From Candidatus Enterousia sp. (GTDB lineage Bacteria; Pseudomonadota; Alphaproteobacteria; Rs-D84), in contig JAZNBN010000023.1 of NCBI GenBank assembly GCA_045587125.1, positions 879-64,878 of the forward strand: a DNA stretch of 64,000 bases, in the 5' to 3' direction. How positions within the stretch are numbered: position 1 is the first letter of the stretch; the number at the start of each line of letters is the position of its first letter. This document shows, piece after piece, positions 48,021-57,912 of the stretch. Both the position numbers and the translations under genes were made by a program. The notes under the pieces are model-generated. The model made no database searches. It was given only the letters and a program-made list of their open reading frames with translations, and was not told the origin of the DNA.

Positions 48021-48317
48021 ATGGCATTTAGCAAGCAACAATTACAAAAATTCGCAGATTTAATTAAAATCGAAATATCCGATGAAAAACTGGAACAGAT
48101 GAACATAGATTCTGTTGTTGAATGGTTGGATAAATTACAACAAATTGACACAAACGGCGTTGAACCATTATTGAACCCAGCCGAACACAAATTACCACGT
48201 CGTGCAGACATTGTAACAGATGGCAATATTCGTGATTTAATTTTGGCAAACACACCTGATAACGCAGGTAATTCACGTGGATATTTTGCGGTACCAAAAA
48301 TCATGGACGGTGAATAA
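48021..48317 (+). CDS. gatC: Asp/Glu-tRNA amidotransferase subunit C
   Basis: L.QIDTNGVEPL, R.D.V.DG, YFAVPKI; in the gat cluster. Confidence 0.85.
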   Translation: MAFSKQQLQKFADLIKIEISDEKLEQMNIDSVVEWLDKLQQIDTNGVEPLLNPAEHKLPRRADIVTDGNIRDLILANTPDNAGNSRGYFAVPKIMDGE

Positions 48318-48319
48318 AC

Positions 48320-48724
48320 ATGAATAACAATCAAGATGTTAAAGGAACAAATCTTCAAGTATCAATTAGCACACTTTCTGACATCGAAAGTACGAATTGC
48401 GGTTCACACACATCCACAACAATAAAAAAATTAATACGTGATTTGGCAAACACACCTGTTCCATTAACAAGTTGTGTTTACCGCTTAGCCGCCCAATACA
48501 TCAACGAAGACTCGATCAGAATGTATGTTCTTAGCGATGGTGGTGCATACGAACCAACACAACATCACAATGCCACATTCTGTATTACGCACAGAACTTG
48601 CCATAAATGTGCCACCGACAAATGTGCAAAAAATATAGCCACAGGCAAATGCAATGACGAATACATACGTAATACTTTGGGCACAACATTATTTCCCAAA
48701 TATTATGAAGACAAACAAAGATAA
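48320..48724 (+). CDS. Hypothetical Cys-motif protein (paralog of 48737-49150)
   Basis: CHKC....CAKNIATGKCNDEYIRNTLG..LFP.YY. Confidence 0.7.
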   Translation: MNNNQDVKGTNLQVSISTLSDIESTNCGSHTSTTIKKLIRDLANTPVPLTSCVYRLAAQYINEDSIRMYVLSDGGAYEPTQHHNATFCITHRTCHKCATDKCAKNIATGKCNDEYIRNTLGTTLFPKYYEDKQR

Positions 48725-48736
48725 AGAAGAACAAAC

Positions 48737-49150
48737 ATGCCAAAGAAACAAAATAAAATACCTGTAAGATTTGTAATACCAGATCAATATGATACTTTTA
48801 TGTCTACGAATATAAATCTGGGCTTTGTATCGCCTGAACAGGCACATAAAATAATAGACGAATTCAAAACGCATAAACCTGCAAAAAATGCATGCATAAA
48901 AGATTTAAGCATAACACTTGAAGAACATGTGTATTTTTGTCGCCACGGCAACGAACATTACAGTTCATTAGATTTATCTGGTATGTTTTACCCGGATGAT
49001 AAACCTATATGTGCAAAATGTATTCCTTCGGACATTGCCAATGCAAAATGTTGTGCACGTAACCTGCGGGCGGGGAAATGCCAAGATAATTTTATTAAAC
49101 AAACATTGGGTGCAATTTTGTTCCCACAACATTACGGAAAGCGAAAATGA
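48737..49150 (+). CDS. Hypothetical Cys-motif protein (paralog of 48320-48724)
   Basis: CAKC...CCARNLRAGKCQDNFIKQTLG..LFP.HY; stop overlaps the gatA ATG (ATGA). Confidence 0.7.
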   Translation: MPKKQNKIPVRFVIPDQYDTFMSTNINLGFVSPEQAHKIIDEFKTHKPAKNACIKDLSITLEEHVYFCRHGNEHYSSLDLSGMFYPDDKPICAKCIPSDIANAKCCARNLRAGKCQDNFIKQTLGAILFPQHYGKRK

Positions 49151-50613
49151 TTAACCTGACACTGACAGAAGTTTTAAAAAAATTAAACAACGGCGATTTC
49201 AGTGCTGTTGAATTAACACGTGCATATTTGGACAGAATTGAAAAATACGGTGCTGATTTAAATTGTTATATCACAACAACGCCTGAACGTGCCATGGCAG
49301 ACGCAGCCGCATCTGATGCACGACGTGCCGCAGGCAACGCATTGGCACTGGACGGCGTGCCAATTGCAATGAAAGATTTATTTGCAACACGTGGCATTCG
49401 CACAACTGCGGCTTCGCGTATGTTAGAAAATTTTGTTCCAGAATATGAATCAACTGTTTCACAAAATTTAATTGACGCAGGTACAGTATTACTGGGCAAG
49501 GCAAATCTGGATGAATTCGCAATGGGCACTTTCAGTAAAACCAGTTACTTTGGTGCACCTGTAAACCCATGGCAAATGGCTAAGAAATTAACAGCCGGCG
49601 GTTCTTCTGGTGGGTCTACATCTGCGGTCGCGGGCGGTTTGGCGATTGCTGCGACCGGTACAGACACAGGTGGTTCGATTCGTTTTCCAGCCGCAATCAC
49701 AGGTATGGTTGGCATGAAACCAACGTACGGTCTATGTTCACGTTGGGGTTGCATTGCATTTGCATCTTCATTGGATACACCCGGTCCAATTGCACGTACG
49801 GTTGATGATACTGCATTGTTATTATCTGCAATGGCGGGGCATGACCCAAAAGATTCAACCAGTGCACCAAATGGATTTACCTGCACTGCCCCACTGGAAC
49901 CTGTATTGGGTAATGGCAAAAAATTGCGTGTTGGTGTTATCCAAGAATTTAACGATGTAAAAATTTCAGACAATATGAAACAACTGTTTGAAAAGCGCAT
50001 CGCAGATTTAAAATCAATGGGCGCCGAAATTGTTGAAGTATCAATTCCAAATATCTTGGATGCATTGGCCGCGTATTACATCATCGCACCGGCCGAAGCC
50101 TCGTCAAATTTGGCACGTTACGACGGAATGCGTTATGGACTGCGTGTCGAAGGCAAAGACATATACGATACGTTCAAAAAAACACGTGCAGCAGGTTTTG
50201 GTGACGAAGTTAAACGTCGTATGATTATTGGTACCGCCGTATTGTCCAGTGAATCATATGATGTATATTTTATGCAGGCCGCCCGTGTTCGTCGCATGAT
50301 TGCAAACAGTTTTAATGATGCATTTAAACAATGCGATTTGATTGTATGTCCTGCATCTGCGGGGACAGCAATGCCACTGGATTCAGGATTATCACCACTG
50401 GAATTCTACGCACTGGATTTATTCACAGTTGCAATGAATCTGGCCGGTGTTCCTGCATGCAGCGTACCATGTGGCGTGGCACAAAATGGTCTGCCACTGG
50501 GCATACAGGTCGTAGGTCGTCGCTTTGACGACATGCGTGTCCTGCAATTGGCAAAACACATTGAAACCGCTGCATCCATCGACAACCGCCCAACAACAAT
50601 TATGGGAAAATAA
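49147..50613 (+). CDS. gatA: Asp/Glu-tRNA amidotransferase subunit A
   Basis: Amidase signature GGSSGGS, GTDTGGSIR, ASSNLARYDG, GFGDEVKRR. Confidence 0.95.
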   Translation: MINLTLTEVLKKLNNGDFSAVELTRAYLDRIEKYGADLNCYITTTPERAMADAAASDARRAAGNALALDGVPIAMKDLFATRGIRTTAASRMLENFVPEYESTVSQNLIDAGTVLLGKANLDEFAMGTFSKTSYFGAPVNPWQMAKKLTAGGSSGGSTSAVAGGLAIAATGTDTGGSIRFPAAITGMVGMKPTYGLCSRWGCIAFASSLDTPGPIARTVDDTALLLSAMAGHDPKDSTSAPNGFTCTAPLEPVLGNGKKLRVGVIQEFNDVKISDNMKQLFEKRIADLKSMGAEIVEVSIPNILDALAAYYIIAPAEASSNLARYDGMRYGLRVEGKDIYDTFKKTRAAGFGDEVKRRMIIGTAVLSSESYDVYFMQAARVRRMIANSFNDAFKQCDLIVCPASAGTAMPLDSGLSPLEFYALDLFTVAMNLAGVPACSVPCGVAQNGLPLGIQVVGRRFDDMRVLQLAKHIETAASIDNRPTTIMGK

Positions 50614-50660
50614 AAGGAAAATAAAAATGACCGTGAAAACGGCCGCTTTTAGAAAGGAGA

Positions 50661-50736
50661 TGGTGGCTAGGGACGGAATCGAACCGCCGACACAGGGATT
50701 TTCAGTCCCTTGCTCTACCAACTGAGCTACCTAGCC
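50661..50736 (-). tRNA. tRNA-Phe(GAA)
   Basis: GGCTAGGTAGCTCAGTTGGTAGAGC..CTGAAAA..GGTTCGATTCC..ACCA; 76 nt with encoded CCA. Confidence 0.97.
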
Positions 50737-50791
50737 AACGCGGAACGAATAATAAGACACTAAAAACAAAAAAGCAAGGGAAAAAGATAAA

Positions 50792-52312
50792 ATGTTTACA
50801 ATAAAAGGCAAAACAACAGATTGGGAAGTAGTAATTGGACTGGAAACACATATTGAAGTGTTATCAAATTCTAAATTATTCAGTGGTGCATCTGCGGATT
50901 ATAATCCAACTGTTGCCCCAAATACCCAGGTTTCAATGGTTGATGTTGCAATGCCTGGAATGTTACCGGTATTAAACGAACATTGCGTAGAACAGGCAAT
51001 CAAATTCGGTCTGGGAATAAATGCAGAAATATCCCGTCGCAGTTGCTTTGCACGCAAACAATATTTTTACCCTGACCTGCCCCAAGGCTATCAAATTTCA
51101 CAACCTGCGGATCAACCACCTGTTGTTGGACGTGGATGGATTGAAATTATGGGCGATGATGGGAACCCTAAAAAGATTTTCATTGAACGTGCACACATGG
51201 AACAAGATGCAGCCAAAAATAAACACGACATGCACCCTTCTAAATCTTTTGTAGATTTCAATCGTACAGGCGTTATGTTGTTGGAAATTGTAACATTTTT
51301 GGACACAAAAAATCCTGAAAACAATTCATATATTTCATCACCAGACGAAGCAGAACGTTACCTGCGTGCGATTCGTGAAATTGCACGTGCATTGGGCGTA
51401 TCACGTGCAAACATGGAAGAAGGCTCTATGCGTGCAGACGTAAACGTATCGGTTCGTCCAGTTGGTTCAAACGAATTCCGTACACGTACAGAAACAAAAA
51501 ACATGGTGTCCTTTAAATTCATTAAAACAGCCATTGAATACGAAGCTCGCCGTCAAATTGAAATCTATGAAAATGGTGGCACTGTCACCCAAGACACAAT
51601 GCGTTTTCACCAAGATGACGGCACAACATCTGTTGCACGCAGCAAAGAAGACGCACTGGATTACCGTTATTTTCCAGATCCAGACTTATTACCAATTGAA
51701 ATTTCAGACGAACAAATTGAACGCATCCGCAGCACAATGCCTGAATTACCATCTGCAACACGCGCACGCTATACGCATGAATTTGGGCTGTCTGAATATG
51801 ACGCAGAACGCTTAACCGAAACAACAGATATATCACGTTGGTATGATTCTGCGGTTGATGGCGACACAAAACGTGCCAAAGCAATTGCAAACTGGATGAT
51901 TTCTGAATTATTTGCGCACCCAGAAAATTGGGACGTAAAAAATGAAAAATCTGGGATTGTGGACGAAATGCGTATTATCACACCATCTGATTTAGCAGAA
52001 CTGGTTGATATGCTATCCGAAAACACAATTAACGGAAAACAGGCCAAAGAAATCTTTATAAAAATGCTTGATGGCGAATCGGGTACACCGCGTAGCATTG
52101 CAGACAAATTTGGAATGAAACAAATGACAGACACTGGGGCGATTGAGGCAATTGTTGACGAAGTTATTGTGTCCAACACCGCACAGGTTGAACAATATAA
52201 ATCCGGCAAGACAGGTCTACTTGGATTCTTTGTAGGAAACGTCATGAAGAAAACAGGTGGCACTGCGAACCCAGCAGTTGTAAATGAAATATTACGCAAA
52301 AAATTAGCATAA
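50792..52312 (+). CDS. gatB: Asp/Glu-tRNA amidotransferase subunit B
   Basis: VIGLETH, RKQYFYPDLP.GYQISQ, MEEGSMRADVNVS, DYRYFPDPDL. Confidence 0.95.
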   Translation: MFTIKGKTTDWEVVIGLETHIEVLSNSKLFSGASADYNPTVAPNTQVSMVDVAMPGMLPVLNEHCVEQAIKFGLGINAEISRRSCFARKQYFYPDLPQGYQISQPADQPPVVGRGWIEIMGDDGNPKKIFIERAHMEQDAAKNKHDMHPSKSFVDFNRTGVMLLEIVTFLDTKNPENNSYISSPDEAERYLRAIREIARALGVSRANMEEGSMRADVNVSVRPVGSNEFRTRTETKNMVSFKFIKTAIEYEARRQIEIYENGGTVTQDTMRFHQDDGTTSVARSKEDALDYRYFPDPDLLPIEISDEQIERIRSTMPELPSATRARYTHEFGLSEYDAERLTETTDISRWYDSAVDGDTKRAKAIANWMISELFAHPENWDVKNEKSGIVDEMRIITPSDLAELVDMLSENTINGKQAKEIFIKMLDGESGTPRSIADKFGMKQMTDTGAIEAIVDEVIVSNTAQVEQYKSGKTGLLGFFVGNVMKKTGGTANPAVVNEILRKKLA

Positions 52313-52326
52313 AAAAGGATAATACA

Positions 52327-52500
52327 ATGACAAAAGTTATCAGCATAATTGAAGACAATTGTATCACAGGTGTTCAATATGGGGTTATTGAATTTCCAGA
52401 CACACCTGTATACACCGGACACCCAAATGCAAGCAAACAAAAAATAATGAACAAGAAATATATAAAACAATTACAAAACGCCAGAATCAGACAAAAGTAA
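52327..52500 (+). CDS. Small hypothetical protein (57 aa) with basic tail
   Basis: AAGGA RBS; MTKVISIIED...KQLQNARIRQK; fills the gap after gatB; below the ORF-track cutoff. Confidence 0.55.
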   Translation: MTKVISIIEDNCITGVQYGVIEFPDTPVYTGHPNASKQKIMNKKYIKQLQNARIRQK

Positions 52501-52503
52501 AAA

Positions 52504-52863
52504 ATGATTATTATTGCACGGGCTTTATTAGAAGAATACAAAAACGAACTACTTGCTGAAATAACAAAATTTCGGGTTAAAAATGGTATTCAGGAAAAAA
52601 TAATTGTAATAAACATTCCTGAAACACTGGAAAATCACAACAAATCGATAATCGAAAACAGTATTCAGGAAGAAATGATATTAGAAAATATACCTGAAAT
52701 ACTTGAAAATCCAGGCAAATTTATATTGCCTGAAAACGACATATCTTTGGAAGAAAACCGTGCACGCAAGTATCACACAAAAAATATGGCCCAGCAATTT
52801 AATCGTGCCCAACAACGCTTTCACAAACGTACATACTACAACATCCGAACCAAAAAGAGATAA
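52504..52863 (+). CDS. Hypothetical protein with internal repeat and basic tail
   Basis: IQE....NIPE.LEN occurs twice; tight operon spacing. Confidence 0.6.
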   Translation: MIIIARALLEEYKNELLAEITKFRVKNGIQEKIIVINIPETLENHNKSIIENSIQEEMILENIPEILENPGKFILPENDISLEENRARKYHTKNMAQQFNRAQQRFHKRTYYNIRTKKR

Positions 52864-52867
52864 ACAA

Positions 52868-53038
52868 ATGTATATTGATGATCGTATCCTGTTCATCATG
52901 CGCGAAATGGCCAAATTCGAAGCACAATGTAAAATACACCATCGTGAAAAGCAACGCAGGGATTATTATCTAAAACATATATATAATCGTACACAACAAC
53001 GAATTCAAAGAACATATAACAATACAAGACACAAATAA
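52868..53038 (+). CDS. Small basic hypothetical protein (56 aa)
   Basis: ATG 4 nt after the previous stop and stop 5 nt before miaB; tail similar to that of 52504-52863. Confidence 0.55.
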   Translation: MYIDDRILFIMREMAKFEAQCKIHHREKQRRDYYLKHIYNRTQQRIQRTYNNTRHK

Positions 53039-53043
53039 AAATC

Positions 53044-54345
53044 ATGAAAAAATTCTTTATTCAAACCTTTGGTTGTCAAATGAACGTATACGACAGTTGG
53101 CGTATTGCGGCAATGTTAGAACACCGCGGATTAACACAAACAGACAACGTATCAGACGCAGATATTATTATATTAAACACATGTGCCGTACGTGCCAAGG
53201 CAACAGATAAAGTATTTTCTGCATTGGGTCGCATTAAACGTGCAAAAAAGCCATCTGCCCTGTTCGGTATTGTTGGTTGCGTTGCCAAGGAAGCCGGTGC
53301 AACTGCATTTCGCAGAATTCCTGAATTAAATTTTGTTTTGGGTCCGCAAAGTTATCATAAATTACCACAAATAATCGAAAACCCAGATGCCAGATTATTA
53401 AACATTGATTTAGGTGGTCTGGAAAAATTTGATGAAATGCCACAAATGATAACCAGCCCAACTGTTACATATATTCCTATCCAAGAAGGCTGTAATCACG
53501 TATGCACATACTGTATTGTTCCATACACACGTGGTCGTGAATTATCCCGTTCTTTTAATGACGTTATGCGTGACACCTTGCATGCTGCGTCTACTGGTGC
53601 AATCGAGATATGTTTTCTGGGGCAAAATGTAAACGGATATAAATACACAAACGAATCAGGCAAAACATATCGTCTTTCTGATTTAATTCGTGAAACCGCT
53701 AAAATAGATTCTGTAAAACGCATCCGCTTTACATCCAGTTATCCAACCGAAATGACAGACGATTTAATAGACATGTTTGCCACAGAACCAAAATTATTAC
53801 CATTCTTGAACATGCCGATACAAAGTGGTTCTGAAAACGTACTTAAACGCATGAACAGACCATACAGTTTGGAACTGTACATGGACATAATACATAAATT
53901 ACGAATCGCCCGTCCAGACATTCAAATATCATCTGACTTTATTGTCGGGTTTCCTGGTGAATCAGATGATGATTTTGAGCAAACTATGAAGATAGCAGAG
54001 ACCGTCAAATATATAAATTCATACTCTTTCAAATATTCACCACGTCCACACACTGCGGCAGCGTTGATGCCTGATCAAATACCTGAAAATATCAAAGCCC
54101 AACGATTGGCTAAATTGGACGAAAAATTAAATGAATTACAACGCACGTTCAATGAAAGTTGTATTGATAAAACAATGGAATGTTTATTAGAAGGTCCTGA
54201 TAAAACCGGTAAAAACTATATATACCGCACACCATACATGCAACAATGCGTTGTTTCTGTACCTGCCGGCACAACTGCCCCAACTTTGGTCCAGATTCAA
54301 ATCACCGATGCAAACAAAGCATCACTGCGTGGTAAAATAGTTTAA
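53044..54345 (+). CDS. miaB: tRNA-2-methylthio-N6-dimethylallyladenosine synthase MiaB
   Basis: TFGCQMNVYDS, NTCAVR, QEGCNHVCTYCIVP radical-SAM motif, LGQNVN, SDFIVGFPGE, FKYSPRP. Confidence 0.95.
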   Translation: MKKFFIQTFGCQMNVYDSWRIAAMLEHRGLTQTDNVSDADIIILNTCAVRAKATDKVFSALGRIKRAKKPSALFGIVGCVAKEAGATAFRRIPELNFVLGPQSYHKLPQIIENPDARLLNIDLGGLEKFDEMPQMITSPTVTYIPIQEGCNHVCTYCIVPYTRGRELSRSFNDVMRDTLHAASTGAIEICFLGQNVNGYKYTNESGKTYRLSDLIRETAKIDSVKRIRFTSSYPTEMTDDLIDMFATEPKLLPFLNMPIQSGSENVLKRMNRPYSLELYMDIIHKLRIARPDIQISSDFIVGFPGESDDDFEQTMKIAETVKYINSYSFKYSPRPHTAAALMPDQIPENIKAQRLAKLDEKLNELQRTFNESCIDKTMECLLEGPDKTGKNYIYRTPYMQQCVVSVPAGTTAPTLVQIQITDANKASLRGKIV

Positions 54346-55892
54346 AAAGCAATTCTGGTATTCAATGCTACTTTATAAGACATAACATTGTCCGTATTAG
54401 ATACACTGACAGATAAATCCCCACCCATTGCATCTGTCACCGACCAAATACCAACTTTACCATTTAACATAAAATACATATCTGTATTAAAGACACCACG
54501 TGCAGAATAAAAATATTTAATCCCTGAAAATTCCGTATCAAAATCAATATCCGTTCCAAGATATAAATTAGCATCGTAATCATTATAATTATCAACACTG
54601 TAATAATCAGTCCAAAGTCCCACAAACGGTGTTACAGACACAGTATCTATAAACTGAAACACATGTCCAACATCTGCATTTATATATCCAGAATTTACCC
54701 ACGGTTGTTTAATTTCTTTATTATTGTAAAACACTCTTTCTATATCTGTATCTAATGCCAACAAACCTACATCTCCACGAACAAACATATTTGAATCTAA
54801 TAAATATTTTGCACCGACATTCAATCCATATATACTGCCGCTTAATATATCAATATCACTTTGATAATCTAATGTACCTATTTTAAATATCGCATATAAA
54901 GACAAATTATCAGATACTTTGAATCCAACGTTTGTGCCCAATCCATACGCATAAAAATTATCCGATGAAATTCCAAATATTTCACCACCCAGATTTCCAG
55001 ATTCATAATGTCCATCTACAAAATTTAACGAATTAATTATACGCAACGGTTGGAACAATTTATCTGGATTAAACAATAACGAATCGCTCATAATATCATC
55101 CAATTCGTCATACGTCATTGCATTATCCAAATACGAAAACAACAAATCATGTTTACCTGAATCACGTGCTGAATTTAAAAAATCACCTAAATCATTCGGA
55201 TAAATTTTTGCATAATCTGTTGAACGCACATGACCGACATATAATTTATTATTTTTTATATACCCATAATCTGAAAACATAGGATTTTGATTATTAGATA
55301 TAAATTTTACCTCTGTTAAACCACGCACATCATTTAATACAACACCTTGATATAACATATCTAAATTACCTAAAACAAAAGAAACTTTGTTACCTAATTC
55401 AATTGAGTTATTAAACTCTTGCGGGATTCCATCTATATTTATGATTGTATTTTGTATAAAAACTTTATCTGCACTGTTTGTAACATCGATTACCCCAGTC
55501 AAAGACAACACTTCTGTACTTTCAACAAACGCTGTATAATTTACATTAAAATCCACATGTTTTATTTCATCACTGGTACTGATTTTATGATATAAAACAG
55601 AACCTGTACCCAAATCAAAATTTGCATTTATATCACCTGTATTTCTAAGAAATAAACTTGTTCCATCTGCCAAGAAAACATCTGTTTGGATTACACCATG
55701 ATTTTCCAGTTCTATCAAACCATCTATAATCAATTTATCAGGTGCAACAATTACGTCATTCAAGATAATTGTATCTGTACTAAAATTACGAATCGTGCCA
55801 TAGATACCAGTCCCTATGACCTCGGCACCAAACACACGATTTGATGCACCCAGAAACAACAGTGAAAACAAAATAACTCCTAAGACCTTCAT
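54342..55892 (-). CDS. Autotransporter-like outer-membrane protein
   Basis: Signal peptide, beta-rich passenger, linker helix, amphipathic C-terminal strands ending in Phe. Confidence 0.6.
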   Translation of the reverse strand: MKVLGVILFSLLFLGASNRVFGAEVIGTGIYGTIRNFSTDTIILNDVIVAPDKLIIDGLIELENHGVIQTDVFLADGTSLFLRNTGDINANFDLGTGSVLYHKISTSDEIKHVDFNVNYTAFVESTEVLSLTGVIDVTNSADKVFIQNTIINIDGIPQEFNNSIELGNKVSFVLGNLDMLYQGVVLNDVRGLTEVKFISNNQNPMFSDYGYIKNNKLYVGHVRSTDYAKIYPNDLGDFLNSARDSGKHDLLFSYLDNAMTYDELDDIMSDSLLFNPDKLFQPLRIINSLNFVDGHYESGNLGGEIFGISSDNFYAYGLGTNVGFKVSDNLSLYAIFKIGTLDYQSDIDILSGSIYGLNVGAKYLLDSNMFVRGDVGLLALDTDIERVFYNNKEIKQPWVNSGYINADVGHVFQFIDTVSVTPFVGLWTDYYSVDNYNDYDANLYLGTDIDFDTEFSGIKYFYSARGVFNTDMYFMLNGKVGIWSVTDAMGGDLSVSVSNTDNVMSYKVALNTRIAF

Positions 55893-55940
55893 AATACGAA
55901 AATCCTAGCACATAAGAATATTTTCTTAAAGTAAAAACAT

Positions 55941-55970
55941 AATAAAAACACCCGTACGGGTGTTTTTATT
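55941..55970 (-). terminator. Intrinsic terminator
   Basis: AATAAAAACACCCG-TA-CGGGTGTTTTTATT. Confidence 0.75.
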
Positions 55971-55984
55971 AGATATAGGCAAAA

Positions 55985-56539
55985 TTACTTTTCTAATTTA
56001 CCCCAACCCGCTTTATATCCACCATCACGTTCCAAATAGATATTTGCGCCATCAATCTGTGCAGCACTCAAACCTTGAATAATATAAGTTTGTTTCAAAT
56101 GACGACTTTCACCGGCTTGTAACATCGGCAAATTAACATTTATTAAATGTGCATTATTACAGCATTTTACATCGTTATAACATGATTCACATTGATACAA
56201 GCGCACTGTGTATGGCACCGCTGGACGCAAATCCTTTAAATCAACCTCCATTTTCAAACCTTTGTCTGTTTCACGGAATTTGATATGTCCCATTCTAGAC
56301 TGTCCACCATCACTGCTATGTGTGTACATTTTTGCATACACATGGTTAACATCTGCATCTGTATGTGTCTGATAAAAAACGATTGTATCAGATTCTATCA
56401 CTTCTATCGGCTGTGCCTGATACGCATGATGTTTTACATGATGCCTTTTATCAGGACAATTTGTTGTACAACCTGCCAACAATGCGACCGCACCCAAAAC
56501 AGATGCAAATGTAACTATTTTTTGTGTTAAACTTTTCAT
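55985..56539 (-). CDS. Lipoprotein with a degenerate Cu/Zn-SOD-like domain
   Basis: LAGC lipobox; GHIKFRETDKGLKMEVDLKDL.P and NLPML resemble SodC strands; metal-binding His motifs not seen. Confidence 0.55.
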   Translation of the reverse strand: MKSLTQKIVTFASVLGAVALLAGCTTNCPDKRHHVKHHAYQAQPIEVIESDTIVFYQTHTDADVNHVYAKMYTHSSDGGQSRMGHIKFRETDKGLKMEVDLKDLRPAVPYTVRLYQCESCYNDVKCCNNAHLINVNLPMLQAGESRHLKQTYIIQGLSAAQIDGANIYLERDGGYKAGWGKLEK

Positions 56540-56726
56540 AGATTTCTCCTTTTGTTTTTGTGGTTACACAGAATACTGTAATATATTTTTTATCACATTT
56601 CCCCAGGTTTGATTCCCTAGGAATCTTAGCTTTTCGTGCGTATAGCACATTTTGAAGACAATCCTGTAACGCATATATTTTACATATGTTATATTTACAA
56701 TTGCATACTTACCAAAGGAGAAAAAA

Positions 56727-57083
56727 ATGTATGAATTAATACAACATCTGATTGCTTTTAAATACGCATGCAAAATCAATCATTGGTCAACAGACAATTA
56801 TTCAAAACATCTGTTATTTGACAGATTATCTGAAAACATAGATGACTGGGTTGATTCTATTTCTGAAACATACTTTATGGCAACAGACAATAAAAAAGTA
56901 TTCAACCAATCCATCTTAAACCCAAAATTCGTAAATACGAATCTGATAAAATCATGCGAAAATATAATTTCACATCTAGAAGAATTACAAAATGATGGCG
57001 AAACAAATGAAGGTTTAAATTCTTTATTAAGTGCAATAGAAGAAGGATTCTTAAACAAACTGGCACTTGCAAAATTAGATTAA
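56727..57083 (+). CDS. Small ferritin/Dps-like four-helix protein (DUF5856-like)
   Basis: HW.T.NYSKH.LFD.L......VD...E pattern; AAGGAG RBS. Confidence 0.6.
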   Translation: MYELIQHLIAFKYACKINHWSTDNYSKHLLFDRLSENIDDWVDSISETYFMATDNKKVFNQSILNPKFVNTNLIKSCENIISHLEELQNDGETNEGLNSLLSAIEEGFLNKLALAKLD

Positions 57084-57090
57084 CAAACGT

Positions 57091-57122
57091 AATAAAAATG
57101 CCCCAAATGGGGCATTTTTATT
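57091..57122. terminator. Bidirectional intrinsic terminator
   Basis: TAAAAATGCCCC-AAAT-GGGGCATTTTTA. Confidence 0.8.
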
Positions 57123-57735
57123 AGAACATAAATCTGATACCAATATCGCCACCAAAGTTATGCAGACCAGAACGAACATCTGCATATGTATAGCGTGCAG
57201 CTACATCAACTGCAAAACTTTCCATATCAAATGTTAAACCCATCGTACCCATCGCAGCAAAGTGCGTTTTATCTTCTGTATGATGTGGGACATTTGCACC
57301 ACTGCGTGTTATGTCTGCAAATGCGACACCTGCACCCATACCAACGAATGGACGAACCATTTTATAAGAACCAAATTCCATATATCCATTCATCAACAAT
57401 GTCTGCATTTTTGATTCAACATCAACACCACCTACGGTGCCAAAGTTTTCTTGATCTGACATTTTACCAAAATAAGACCATTCGATTTCAGAACGTACTG
57501 TATCACATACTTCCAAACCTAATGCTGCACGGCCTTGGAAAACAAAGTCTGTCATTGCTTCTTTATTTCCATCATAACTGTAATTCAGGTTTGTATAACT
57601 GATACCGCCACGCAGCCCAACATATGGGTCCATTCCCCACATTTGCCAAGAACTGCCCTGGTCTGGATGATTAATACCCGCGAATGCAGGGCATGCTAAC
57701 AACACTGCCAGTGTTGAAATTGCTATTTTTTTCAT
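57121..57735 (-). CDS. Outer-membrane beta-barrel protein (Opa/OmpA-like)
   Basis: Signal peptide, PYVGLRGG, RSEIE, PFVGMGAG, terminal RFMF. Confidence 0.8.
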   Translation of the reverse strand: MKKIAISTLAVLLACPAFAGINHPDQGSSWQMWGMDPYVGLRGGISYTNLNYSYDGNKEAMTDFVFQGRAALGLEVCDTVRSEIEWSYFGKMSDQENFGTVGGVDVESKMQTLLMNGYMEFGSYKMVRPFVGMGAGVAFADITRSGANVPHHTEDKTHFAAMGTMGLTFDMESFAVDVAARYTYADVRSGLHNFGGDIGIRFMF

Positions 57736-57912
57736 TTTTTCTCCTTTTATGTTTTTTTTACAAAGTTTCATGTCAACACTATGATTGTATCAAAGTAATT
57801 TAATTATTGTTATAGGTATGGATACCTGTTCTATACGCACAAAATCTGGGATTTTTTTCATATTATAAATAATTTTTAAGCACATAAAAAAACCACCATA
57901 CGGTGGTTATTT

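Noticed and set aside
50661-50736. tRNA-anchored genomic island at tRNA-Phe or tRNA-Lys
   Set aside because: No duplicated tRNA 3' end or integrase was seen.
51769-52470. 233-aa antisense ORF over gatB and similar long antisense ORFs
   Set aside because: These are expected shadow frames of strongly biased coding sequence opposite well-identified genes.
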